This document shows positions 1 through 10,590 of a stretch of DNA of 26,029 nt, piece by piece. The stretch lies in NCBI GenBank assembly GCA_000388065.2, contig KB932211.1; one strand, 5' to 3'. Under the pieces are notes generated by a model. The model did not search any database and had not been told where the DNA came from. It saw only the letters and a program-made list of their open reading frames with translations. This DNA comes from Fonticula alba ATCC 38817. Taxonomy: Eukaryota; Protista; Nucleariida. Every line of letters begins with the position of its first letter. Within the stretch, counting starts at the first letter, position 1. Both the position numbers and the translations under genes were made by a program.

Positions 1-1686
1 ACGGCCGGGACGTACTTGATGACAACGACGTGGTCGGGGTGCTCGCCTGCGTGTGTGCGTGTGTGCGTGTGTGCGTGTGTGCGTGTGCGTGTGTGCGTGT
101 GCGTGTGTGAAAGTGAGTACGGGGAGAGCCAGAAGGCGAGAGGGAGGGCGGGAGAGGGAGAAAAAAAAAGAACCATCACGCACCCTCCTTGTAGAGGATG
201 GGGTTGCTGCCAACCATGTCATCCACGACATTGGACTTGGAGATCTCCTTCGAGCGGAACTGGCTCGGGGCGCTGAGGTTCATGCCGTCATTGTTGCCCA
301 GGTGGTTGTAGCTGGTGATGGAGAGGGGCTTGATGCCGGCACCGACGAGGAAGTCCACCAGGACGGACTTGATCTTGGTCTGGCCGGACTTGAAGTCATC
401 GCCGCCGATGAGGACGCCATAGCGCTCGGCCAGCTCGACGACACCCGGCACGAAGGTGTTCTGGGGCGAGCCATTGATGAAGGGGGTGCCCTCGAGGATG
501 GAAGCCACGGCGAAGATGGTGGACGGGGAGACCTCCGGGTGGTTGGCCTCGATGGCGCGCAGGAGGTTGTCGGCGGTGTCATTGTGGCCGGGGATGATCT
601 CGGCGAAGCGCTCGGTGTTGGCGGTCCAGACGATGATCAGCTGCTCGCAGGCGTTGTTGGCGCGGAAGGTGGTGATGTCGCTGCGGATCTGGGCCAGCTG
701 CTCGGCGCGAGTGCCGGGGATGACGTTGTCCGCGCGGTCGGCCTGGTTGGAGGCAATGAAGTCCGGGTCGTAGATGGAGGGCAGGGGAACCATGCCCTGG
801 AGGTGGGGCTTCAGCTGGTTGATGAGGTCCGGCTCGAGGACCTGGGCACGGTCCATGGCCTCGATCATGGGCATGGCGCTGATGTCCCAGCCGCCGATGA
901 CGAAGGTGTTGGGGTCCACCATGGGGACCATCTTCGCCAGGGGAACGTGGTGGTCCTTGCCGGAGTGCAGGTCGCGGCCCAGGTGCACGGTGGAAGCCTG
1001 GGTCAGGGACCCGAAGTAGTTGGGGGTCTGGACGCCGAGGCGAGTCTTCCAGGAGATGTTCTCGCGGTTGGCGATGATACCGGCGGTGACGGTGGTGCCG
1101 TTGTTGCCACCGAGGCCGACCATCATGAGACTGTCATCGGTAGGGGGACGGAGGGCGNNNNNNNNNNNNNNNNNNNNNNNNNNNNNNNNNNNNNNNNNNN
1201 NNNNNNNNNNNNNNNNNNNNNNNNNNNNNNNNNNNNNNNNNNNNNNNNNNNNNNNNNNNNNNNNNNNNNNNNNNNNNNNNNNNNNNNNNNNNNNNNNNNN
1301 NNNNNNNNNNNNNNNNNNNNNNNNNNNNNNNNNNNNNNNGGGGGGGGGGGGGGGGGGGGGGGGGCGTACCCAGTGCGGGGGACCTTGGTCTGGGTGACGA
1401 ACTCGAAGTCCGAGGTGACCGGCTCGGCGACCAGGGAGCCGGAGGCATCGGTGGTCACGAAGGTGGTCTGATAGGAGTACTTCGAGTGGATGGCATCCTC
1501 GGTGTAGGTAACGTTCGGGGAGTTGACCTTCGATGATGAGCCAGGGGAGGAGGGGGGGGGGGGAAATGGGCAATGTCAGCATGGGGGGGGGGGGAGGGGC
1601 GGGGGGCAAGGGCAGAAGGCCCACCAGCAGGGAGAGGGGGGAAGGAGGCGCACCTTGAAGAGGGGAGTGGGCTTGTTGTCGACCAT
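1..1686 (-). CDS. INO1: myo-inositol-1-phosphate synthase, 3'-truncated by the window edge
   Basis: Exons 1686-1654, 1527-1370, 1130-184 and 46-<1 join in frame through GT-AG introns: [11 protein letters not shown]|VNSPNVTY...VPRTG|[11 protein letters not shown]...ILYKEG|[18 protein letters not shown] motifs [25 protein letters not shown] and [10 protein letters not shown] are present. The ATG lies in a GCCACCATGG context. Confidence 0.97.
47..108. repeat. (GT)n/(GTGC) microsatellite at the 3' end of INO1 intron 3
   Basis: Direct reading: gtgtgtgcgt repeated. Confidence 0.9.
1158..1339. other. Assembly gap (N run) in INO1 intron 2, followed by a G homopolymer at 1340-1364
   Basis: N characters; the exons on either side join in frame across the gap. 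Confidence 0.99.
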
Positions 1687-2899
1687 GGTGGCGGGGTGGC
1701 AGGAGTCACGAAGAAATCTGATGGCCAGGGGGGAGGGGGAGGGGGAGGGAGAGCGAGCGGGCGGGCGGGCGAGGGAGAGAGGGGGGAAGAGGAGGCAGGG
1801 TGTGAGGGGCGGGCGTGGGGGGGGGCGGGCGGGGAGAAGCGAGGGGGAGAGAGAAAGGGGCAAAGAAAAGGGGGCGACAAAGAAGGGAGGGGAGAAAGGG
1901 GAGGGAGATACCCAAGCGAATCAGTTCACGCTGAGGAGGCCCGGATTTTGCGGTGGGCCGCGCAGATTTCCTGCCGCCGGCCCACGGCATCCGAAAAGAC
2001 GCCGCCGGGGGTGTGAGCGCGAGTGAGAGCGAGAGCCCCCACTCTGGTGTCCGTGGTTGCGCGCGCGCGCGCGGCCCAGCGGGCGTGTCTGTGTATGCCC
2101 ACTCTCCTCGAAGAAACGGATGTCCCGGACTCCGCCGCCCGCCGCCCCCGGCCCCCCACGCGCGTGCCCCCCTTCCCTCCGGAGGGTCTGGCCGTCTGAC
2201 CCCCCCCTGCCGCCCGCATCCCCTGGTGATCTCCGCAGGCTCCGAGCAGGGGGTGCGAGGCAGCCCCCCCTGGCGGCCGGGTGCGCCGACCACGGGGGGG
2301 GGGGGGGGGACACAAAGAGATCCCCCTCTTTGGGGGGGCGGGAAGGGGAAAGAAAGGGGCGAGGAAGGCCGCGCCGCGGGAGAGATCCCCCTCCGCGGCA
2401 GGGACACGCGAGAAGCCGCGGGCTGACGCATGGGGGGGGGGACCCCGCGGCGTGAAGCGGCTTGACTGGTCTGGCCCCCCGAGCCAGGGCGGGCAAGAGT
2501 AACGAGAATCGCGGCCTTCGCACTGTGCGGCCGAGGGCGTGGGCGGAAAAAAGCCCCCCCCCCCCCCGGACTCCCGCGGCACGGCCGAGTGGGCGAGGGA
2601 GACGCGGGGACCCGCCACCGGGCGCACCAGGACCAGGGAAGCCCAGCAGGGGGGAGGCAGACAAGGGTGCAGCGTTCCCCCTCTCGGGCCGGGGGGGGGG
2701 GGGGGCCCATGAGGCCCGCCCGAAACCGCCGAAACGTGCACGCCCCGGGCGGCGACACGAAAAAGCCGTGGAGCCGGGGCGGGGGGGGGGGGGGCAACTC
2801 CCGCCCAGCGACACACCGGCCCGGGGAGCTTGAGGCGTATGCGCCCGTGCCCATGCCCCAGGCGGACTGCTTGACTGGAAGCAGAAGCTAGTCGACGAG

Positions 2900-2902
<3 letters not shown>

Positions 2903-2933
<31 letters not shown>

Positions 2934-3004
2934 GCGGGGGCCCCTCCAGTGAGCTGCGGAGCGCGGCCCACGCGCACCGACACACACACACACACACACA
3001 CACA
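2903..3004. repeat. (CT)n at 2903-2931 and (CA)n at 2980-3004
   Basis: Direct reading. Confidence 0.9.
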
Positions 3005-4444
3005 TGCACGCGCACAGGGAGAGAAAAAGGGCCCGGGGCGCAACGGGAGGGGGCCGCGCCTCTCGGAGAAGTGATGAATGCACGCATATGTGTATGTCTC
3101 GGCCAATATTATTCTCCCCTTTTTTCCCGGGGAGCCTCACCTGCCCATTTTTTCGCCAGGCCATTTTTTGGAAGAATCCAGATGAATAACCCCGGTGCTG
3201 CGTTCCTCCCACGGGCCGAGCGCGGGGGCGGCCGAATCACGGAACATCCCCCCTCGGGCAAGCGGGGCTCCGACGGTGTCTCTCTCCCTCTCTCTCGCCC
3301 TCCCTCTCTCTCTCTCTCTCTTTGCCTCGCTGCCTCGCTGCCTCGCTGCCCCTGCGCGGGCGAGAGGGCTCACCCACCCCCGTCCGACGCCGGGGGGGCG
3401 CTTGGGTCTGTGTGCGCGCGCGCGCGTGTGTCCGGCCGAGGGATGTCCCGCCGACCGGGGACAACAAAAAGAATGCCCCGGGCCAGTGACAGGGGTCCGG
3501 TGCATAGGCCGGGCCTGGTCGACGATCGGTACTTTCACACCGGGTCTGCCGGACCGGTGCCGCGACGTCCCTGCGCCATATGCGCCTTGTCCGGCCGGCG
3601 AGAGGGCGCAGGAGCAGACCCCCCCTGTATCGGCCCGGCAGCGGCACACCTGCAGAATGCGCGCTCGGGCTGGCGCGCGCCGGCACAGGGCCACCGCCCC
3701 GTGCATGGGGGCGTCGCCGACAAGCACCCCGTGCAGCTGGCAGCGGCTTCGGTCGCCGTGCGCGCGGGAACGCAGGCGCCGCCAGACGGGAGGGGGGAGG
3801 GGGGGCCGGGAGGCGGGGACCGGGCCGCGGAGGACCGGGACAGGAGCTCCCACCGGATGCCGCGGGACCGGTCCGGCAGACGGGCCGGCCGGGCACGCGG
3901 CGGGGCGCGCGCATTCCCCCCCCCCCCCCGGCCTTCTCCGCTGACGAGAAGGCCCGCCCGAGAAACGCGCAGAGGGCTGGGCCGGTCCCGCGCGGCGCGC
4001 TTGCCAACCCACCTGCCGCGGTTCCCCGACCCTCATGGAGGCAGGGGGGGGGGGGGGGAAGGAGGGAGCAGCTCGCACGAGTGCCACTGCTCTCCCCGGG
4101 CGGTGGCCGGCCGGAACGAGGCGCCATCTACCACCGAATTGCGCGGGTCAGATGCCCGTTATCGGCCCCGGGGCACGGCATTACGATCCGGCACGTGGGG
4201 CAATGGTGTTACCGGGTCACCCCGCGGCGCGGGGCAGGCGTTCTGAAGGAGCAGGCCGCTGGCTTCCTCCCCCGCGGCCCGGCGCCAACGCACGGGCTGC
4301 CAACGCGGCCCGGCGGTTGTCCGGCAGCCCTTCTTGGCGGCGCAGTTCGCAGGCCCCCCCTGGGGGGCGGGCCGGAGGGGGGAGAGGGGCATTGCCCCTT
4401 TCCCACAGCCTCTTTCGCCTCTCTTCCCCTCCCCCCCCCCCTCT

Positions 4445-4447
<3 letters not shown>

Positions 4448-4482
<35 letters not shown>
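4448..4482. repeat. (CA)n microsatellite just upstream of the PRKRIP1-like start
   Basis: Direct reading. Confidence 0.9.
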
Positions 4483-4489
<7 letters not shown>

Positions 4490-4519
4490 GTCTCCCCTTT
4501 TCTATTGTCGCCCATTGCC

Positions 4520-5310
4520 AGTGCGTGTGCCTTCGGATTTTTGGCCCTCATCTGCACCTGCGGCTTTCGGTGCCCCTTCTGACCTCCCCAAATGTGTCCC
4601 CTGCTGGTGGACATGCGCACGCGCATGCAGTGTCTGATCCGTATGATGCCAAGCGGGCCGAGTTGCAGCGGCTCATGTCCAAGGAGAATCCCCAGCTGCC
4701 GGCCAGCGTGTACATGAGTGCCGAAGAGGCGCGGCGGCGGAATGCGTCGGTGCGGAATCCGCGTGTGGCCGACTTCAAGATCGATGTGTCCGGCTCGTCG
4801 GCCGGGTCCGGGTCCGGGGACTTCCACACGTACCGGGTGGAGCGCCGGCGGGAGCTAGAACGCCAGGCCTTCGTCCTGCACGAGGCCGAGGAGGCCGACC
4901 GTATGGCCCGGCTGGCCGAGCAGGACAGCCAGTGGCAGCGCGAGGCCGAAGACCGGACCAACAAGAACCGGCAGAAGCGCGAGCGGCAGAAGCGCCTGCG
5001 CCAGCAGGCCAAGCTGGCTGCCGGGGAGACGGCCGTTGCGTCGCCGGGAGCCGGCCCCGAGGCGCCGGGCCCGAAGCGCCCCCGCGCCGAGCCGGAGCCA
5101 TCGAAGTCCGCCAGCCCCGAGCCGAAGCCATCGAAGTCCGCCAGCCCCGAGCCGAAGCCATCGAAGTCTGCCGGTCCCGAGCCCAGTGCGGCGCCGTGCA
5201 CGGCGGCGGTGTCGGCGTCGGCGGAGACGGCGCCGCCGTCCGGCCCCGAGCTGCCCGACAAGGGCGAGGCCCCGGCTGTTGTTGAGGCGTCTCCGCCATC
5301 GAAGCAGTGA
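4520..5310 (+). CDS. PRKRIP1: PRKR-interacting protein 1 / DUF1168 family protein (spliceosome-associated), ~226 aa
   Basis: Family motif DVSGSSAGSGSGDFHTYRVERRRELERQ is followed by a charged coiled coil (AEDRTNKNRQKRERQK). Model: A at 4520, intron 4521-4630 (GTGCGT, CTGAC, GCAG), then 4631-5310. The family call is strong; the exact start is inferred. Confidence 0.88.
5087..5183 (+). repeat. 30-nt coding tandem repeat, ~3 copies (PEPKPSKSAS)
   Basis: ccgagccgaagccatcgaagtccgccagcc units start at 5087, 5117 and 5147, with a partial unit at 5177. Confidence 0.92.
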
Positions 5311-5538
5311 AGTCCGAGGTGGTCTTCGGTGTACGAAATACACGTTGCTTGGGTTTTGTTCCAGAGGCTGCGATCTGCCGGGCCCTTCTTCCGCTCTCTC
5401 TTCCTCTGCCGTTTTGTGTCTTTCTCTCCCGGTGTGACGGCGGCGATGGCGGCGGCAGGGGCCGATCGCCGGGTCTGGTCGTTTGTCCGGGTGGAAAAGC
5501 ACCGGCAAAAAGGGCCCCGACAGGGAGGTGCATTCATA

Positions 5539-5626
5539 CCAACCATAGCTCAATTGGTAGAGCATCAGACTGTAGCGGTTACAAGCAATTATCTGAGGGT
5601 CGCTGGTTCGATTCCGGCTGGTTGGA
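5539..5626 (+). tRNA. tRNA-Tyr(GTA) with a 15-nt intron (5576-5590) at position 37/38
   Basis: Acceptor stem CCAACCA/TGGTTGG with C1-G72 and A73, D arm GCTC/GAGC, anticodon stem TCAGA/TCTGA, T arm GCTGG-TTCGATT-CCGGC. The intron sequence TTACA can pair with the anticodon loop. T5 terminator at 5635-5639. Confidence 0.96.
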
Positions 5627-5757
5627 CACTTCACTTTTTGCGCTGTCTTCCCTGTCTCGGCGGCCGGTTCATGTGCCTGTTGCTGTCTCGGTTTTCGGTT
5701 CTGTGTGGGGCCCATTCCTATCTTCATCGATGTGTTGATTCGTTCGTTCTTTTGTTT

Positions 5758-5805
5758 ATTTGTTCATTCGTACATTTGTTCATTCGTGCATTTGTTCATT
5801 CGTTC
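5758..5805. repeat. 16-bp minisatellite x3 (atttgttcattcgtNc) in an AT-rich TTCA-like island between tRNA-Tyr and the PIN1 3' end
   Basis: Units start at 5758, 5774 and 5790. Confidence 0.85.
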
Positions 5806-6023
5806 ATTATTCCTCTCGTTCGTTCATCAATCCCTTCGCCCACCCAACCATCCATCCACTCATCCATCCCCTCGCCCACCCCCGACACCGATGGGAAAGC
5901 AACAACATCACCTTTTGTGGATTTATGATTGGGGGCGGGAGCAAAATAGGTCATTCATGTGCCCGTGCCAGCAGGGGGGACGCGCAAGCGGCAGGCGTGC
6001 CCGGCGCCAGGCCGGAGATCCCC

Positions 6024-6878
6024 CTAGGCAGTGCGCTGGATGAGGTGGATGCCACTGTCGGTGAAGATGGGGTCGCTGATCTCGCCGACACTCAGCTTGT
6101 AGCTGTGTGGAGCATGGTAGTAGAGCGCAGAGAGGGGGGGGGGGGGATAGATGCACATTGTCAGGAACAGGCGCCCGGGGCATGTGCGCGCCATGGGAAC
6201 AGGGGGGGGGGGGGGCACGTACGTGGCAACCTCGAAGGCTTGCTGCATATCGCCCGGGCCGAAGAAGCCGAGGTCACCGCCGCGCGAGGCCGACGAGCAG
6301 TCACTCTCGGTGGTAGCCAGGGTGGCGAGAGTAGCGCGACCCTCGGTAATCTCCTTCTGATAATCTGTGCCGAGAGGGGGAGGGGGGGGGGGGCGAGAGC
6401 CGAGGGGGGAGCGGTCAGTACGGTCGGAGCGGGGGAGGGCCGGCGTGCGCGCGTGCGGGTGACCCGGCGTACAGCGGATCAGGTCCAGGGCCTCCTCCTT
6501 GGAGCGGGTGATGACGCTCTCCTTCCAGCTGGAGGGCCGGCGGCTGTCGCGGTGCTTCACCAGCAGGTGGCTTGCGCGGACTTTGGCGGCGGCCGGCTGG
6601 GCGGGCCCGGCGGCGGCGGCGGCGGCGGCGGCGGCCGCCGCCTGCGTCGGGTACTCCCACTGCGTGGCGCCGGTGGCCTTGTTCAGGTAGTAGTACTTCC
6701 CCGGGCGCGAGGAGGAGGCAATAACGGCCCAGCCGGGGGGAGCCTGATGGAGAGTGGGTGCGCATGTGTGTAAGCGGGTGAGGGTGCATATGGGCCGGGG
6801 GGAGGGGGAGGGAGAGAGAGAGAGAGAGAGGGCGGAGGTCGCGACTGGGGGGGAACTTACATCCTGGGGGGCAGACAT
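6024..6878 (-). CDS. PIN1: Parvulin-type peptidyl-prolyl cis/trans isomerase Pin1/Ess1 (WW + PPIase), 169 aa
   Basis: Exons 6878-6861, 6743-6473, 6364-6223 and 6102-6024 join in frame. WW domain PPGW...GKYYYLNKATGATQWEYP; PPIase motifs ASHLLVKHRDSRRPSSW, SDCSSA, GDLGFF, MQQAFE and TDSGIHLIQR. Confidence 0.97.
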   Translation of the reverse strand: MSAPQDVSSPPVATSALSLSLSPSPSPRPICTLTRLHTCAPTLHQAPPGWAVIASSSRPGKYYYLNKATGATQWEYPTQAAAAAAAAAAAGPAQPAAAKVRASHLLVKHRDSRRPSSWKESVITRSKEEALDLIRCTPGHPHARTPALPRSDRTDRSPLGSRPPPPPPLGTDYQKEITEGRATLATLATTESDCSSASRGGDLGFFGPGDMQQAFEVATYVPPPPPVPMARTCPGRLFLTMCIYPPPPLSALYYHAPHSYKLSVGEISDPIFTDSGIHLIQRTA

Positions 6879-7225
6879 GACGAAAAGGGGGGCGGAGTGG
6901 GGCGAGAGGCGCAGGTGTATGCGGACGGGCATGCAGGAGGCCGGGGAGAGGGGGGGGGGGGATGTGCCGAGGGCGGGCCAGCCCCCGCGACACGCCAACT
7001 GCCCCGGAGAAAAAGCCCGATCAGCGGGGCCGCCCCACAGCCGGCTCCCCCTGTGCGTCGAGTGCCATCTGTCCCCGGTTCTCCCCCCCCTCCCCCCCCT
7101 CGCCTCGTCCCCAACGGCCCCCCGGCACTTGCGCGAGCGTCGAAAAGACGCAGCTCGCTCGGGGGATCGTTGCGTCCACGTCATCACGTGCCGACACATG
7201 ACTGGAATCTATGGTGTATTTGGTG

Positions 7226-8647
7226 CTAGATGCTGAGGTGGTTTTGGATTTCAACGCAACATGCTATGCGTGTGTGCGTGTGCGTGGTTATGGGTATATG
7301 CCAGCGTGCGGGGGATATGTCGGGACTCGGTTAGCAGGTGGGCGCGCGCGCGCATACACACACACACACACACACGGGCGAAGGGGGAGGCAAGACGCAC
7401 CGAACACCTCCAGGTGGCACATGGCCGGGGTCTGAGACAGGAGGGCTGAGGAGTAGGCTGACAGGCGGGCGAGGACATCGGCACGGCCAGTGCCGGCGCC
7501 GCCGGTCGGGGCAGGAGCGCACGCGGTGTGGGCCGTCGCGCCCGGGGGCATACAAGGACAAGGGAGGCCGCGAAGGACCTCGGCCAGAAGTCGGCAATTG
7601 GCTGAACACACCGATCAGTCAGGACAGGAGGGGAGGAGGGGGGGGGGGGAGAGGCCGCGGAGGAGGGCGCACATGGGCGCCCTGGTGTCCGGGGGAGTGG
7701 GCCACGTACCGACTGCCTGGAGGACCACGCGGAAGCGGCTCTGGGCTGAGGCGGAGCGCGTGCAGCCGGCCGCCTGGAGCGCCGGCAGGCCGACAAACTG
7801 GGCCGTCTGCCGGGTGATGCCGCCGAAAAAGAGCGACTGGAAGAGGATCATCCAGTCCTCGGCGCCCGGGTCGGCCGGCCGGGCCGGCTGGTCATCGGCC
7901 TGGCTGCCGGTCGGCGGCGGGGGAGACTGAGTGGAGGAGCCGCGGGCCTGGGTGGCAGCAGCAGCAGCAGCGGCGGCGGCGGCAGCGGCGGCGGCCTCGG
8001 AGGACAGCTGGTTCGACAGACGGAGCCAGTACCGCAGCGGGGTAAGCACCAGCGAGTGGAGGGCACGAACCAGGGCCGCGACGGAGCGGGCAAAGTCGGC
8101 GCTCGGGCACCGGTGGGCGAGCTGCTGCGAGGCGTCCTCGGCCAGGCTGCCGGCCCCGGGGCAGGGGCTGGTGCCAGGGCGCCGGCATGCCAGGTGGCTG
8201 GCCTGCCAGCCGACCACCGTGTCGAGGGCCAGGCCGAGGCGCGCGCACACCCGCGATAGGGCATTGTCCGGCCGGCTGGAGGCGAAGAGGGACAGGGTCA
8301 CGCGGTCCGGGGTGGCGCGGTCATTGGCCCGGTGGGCGGGAGCCCCGCGCGGCGCCAGGAGCAGGCGCGCCACGAAGCTGGTGTCCACCAGGGCATGGAG
8401 CCGGAGCAGGGCCAGCCCCAGCTCCAGGGTCTCGGACCAGGGCTGCACCGTGCAGCAGGCCGACCTGCCCGGGGGGAGGCGCTCCTGGCAGCCGGCCAGG
8501 GCGGCCTCCTGGAAGTGGTCCGCATACAGGACCACCGGCTGGGCCGGGGCCAGGAGGGGGCTCAAGAGAAGCGGGTCCTCCGGGGCGGGGGAGCAGGAGC
8601 CCGACGGGTCCGGCGAGGCCGGGGGGCCCTCGGGCCCGGCAGCTTGC

Positions 8648-8679
<32 letters not shown>

Positions 8680-10252
8680 CGTGCGCCGGCGCTCGGAGGA
8701 TAGGGGCGCGCGCCAGCCATACCACCGGTCTCGCGCGTCGTCGCCCACCCCGACAACATACAGTCGCCGGAGAGGGAGCTCGAGGGTGTGGCTGTGGAAG
8801 CCCAGGTCACCGGGGGCGGGTCCAGCGTGGCCGGCGGGGCGGCAGCCCCAGTGGCAGCGCCGGGGGCTTGGCACATGGCGGTCATCGTGGTGGTCATCAT
8901 GGTCGAAGGCGGTCGGGTCGCCGGGGAGGCTGGCCGCGGTGGCCGGGCCGCCGTCCGAGCACCGGGTGTCGAGGAAGTGCCGGGGGCCGAGGTTGGCCAC
9001 CCGGGCCGCGAGGGCGTCCAGCCCGGCCAGCGGGACGGACGACGGGGGCAGGGCCGCGCGGTCGGTCATAAAGACAAAGGCCCAGAGCTGGAGTGCCAGC
9101 CGGGCCACATCTTCGGTGGTGATGGGGCTGGCCGGGGCCGGGGGGGCGAGGCGGCGCGCGGCGGCGTCCAAACGCGCACGCGGCCCGGCCTCGGCCAGGA
9201 CCACGCTCCCGGCCACGGCGGCGCACAGCAGCCGGTCCAGGACCCGGCGCATGCGGTCGGCCAGGCGGTCGGCCGGGCCGGGCGGCGGGTCGTCGGCCGG
9301 GGTGTGTGGGCTGGCCGGGGCCGGCTCGGCGTAGTGGCCCTGGTCCAGGGGCCCGAAGACCGCGGCCAGGAGTGGCACCGAGCCGGAGACATTCCCCCGG
9401 AGGAGCTGCCACAGGAGGGCGGTCAGCCGGGCCAGGATGCGCCCGGCCAGGATCCACCATGCGGGCCAGTCGCTGGTGGCCGATGGGGCGGCCGGCGAGC
9501 GGGGGTGCGTGCCGGCAGGCCCGGGGGCAGCAGGGTGGTCCGGGTCAGGGGTGTCGGCGGTGTCGGCGGTGTCGGCGGTGTCGGCGGTGGCGGCGGTGGC
9601 GACGGCCGTGGCCAGCATGCGCGACACCAGGTCCAGCGTCGAGTAGAGGTTGATCGGGCCCTCGGCGGGGGAGGGGCCGGTCTGGAGCCCGGGCTCGACG
9701 CCCCAGCGGTGGGGCGGGGCCTTGCCGCAGAGGAGGCGCTCGGACAGGTACGCGTGGCCGGTGTGGGTGCCGGTGAGCCCGGCCACCAGGGCCAGGGCGT
9801 GGTCAAGTTGCTGGGCCACCTCGGAGGCCGGGCGCCGCAGGCAGGCCCGGGTCAGGCCCTGCACCTGGCCCAGGAGGAGCTCCAGCAGCAGGGCCGTCGA
9901 GTCGTCCAGGCGCTGGGCCGGCTGGTCCGGGCCGGGGCGTGTGTAGCCCCGGGCCGGGGCATCGTGCAGGACAGCCAGCGCGGAGGCCGGATCGATGCCG
10001 GCCTCGAGGGCCAGCATGCCGAGGGATTGGTGGGCGGCCTCGCGGCCGGCCTGGTGCCAAAGGCCGAGCGTTTCGCTGAGCGACGGCCACAGGAGCCCGG
10101 TCGGGGCGGCAGCCGGGTCCCAGGGGGAGGGTGGGGCCGGCGGCTCGGCCGGGCCCGGCGGCGGGTCCTCCCCGAGGAAGGGGTCCGGCCCGAGGAGGGG
10201 CGACGGCGAGAAGAGGGCCGATGGGGAGGCCAAGGGCGAGAATGTGTATGGG

Positions 10253-10290
<38 letters not shown>

Positions 10291-10556
10291 GGGCTGTTGT
10301 GATGGGGGCTGGGTCCAGGCGGCGGACCGGGGACCGGCCACGGGCGAGCGCTGTGTGGCCAGCCACTGGGACCCGGCGCGGGCGGTGGCCGCCCCGAGCG
10401 GGTCATAGTCGTAGGGGGTGGAGGCGGCAGCGGGTCCGGGCCCGGGGCCGGCTTGGGTGGAGCCGGAGCCTGGCCAGTGCCCGGAAGACGGGCGCCCTGG
10501 CCGAAGAGACGGCAGGGTGACCAGGGTGCCGGGTCCGGCGGGGTCGGCGGTGGCAT

Positions 10557-10590
<34 letters not shown>

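Noticed and set aside
53-1471. 472-aa plus-strand ORF and other ORFs overlapping INO1
   Set aside because: Antisense shadow of the strongly C/G-biased INO1 frame; it runs through microsatellite and the N gap.
3071-3170. GTGATGA C-box-like motif (possible C/D snoRNA)
   Set aside because: No CTGA D box or terminal stem within snoRNA distance.
4235-4254. CAGG...GAAGGAGCAG resembling SRP RNA helix 8
   Set aside because: Spacing is off by one, there is no GNRA tetraloop, and no Alu domain or suitable terminator was seen.
1706-4500. Several 250-430 aa Pro/Arg/Gly-rich ORFs
   Set aside because: They translate homopolymers and microsatellites, show no domain or codon pattern, and stops are rare at this GC content.
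3580-4519. N-terminal 300+ aa of track ORF 3580-5310
   Set aside because: It reads through (CA)n and G runs; the family homology and splice signals place the real start at 4520/4631.
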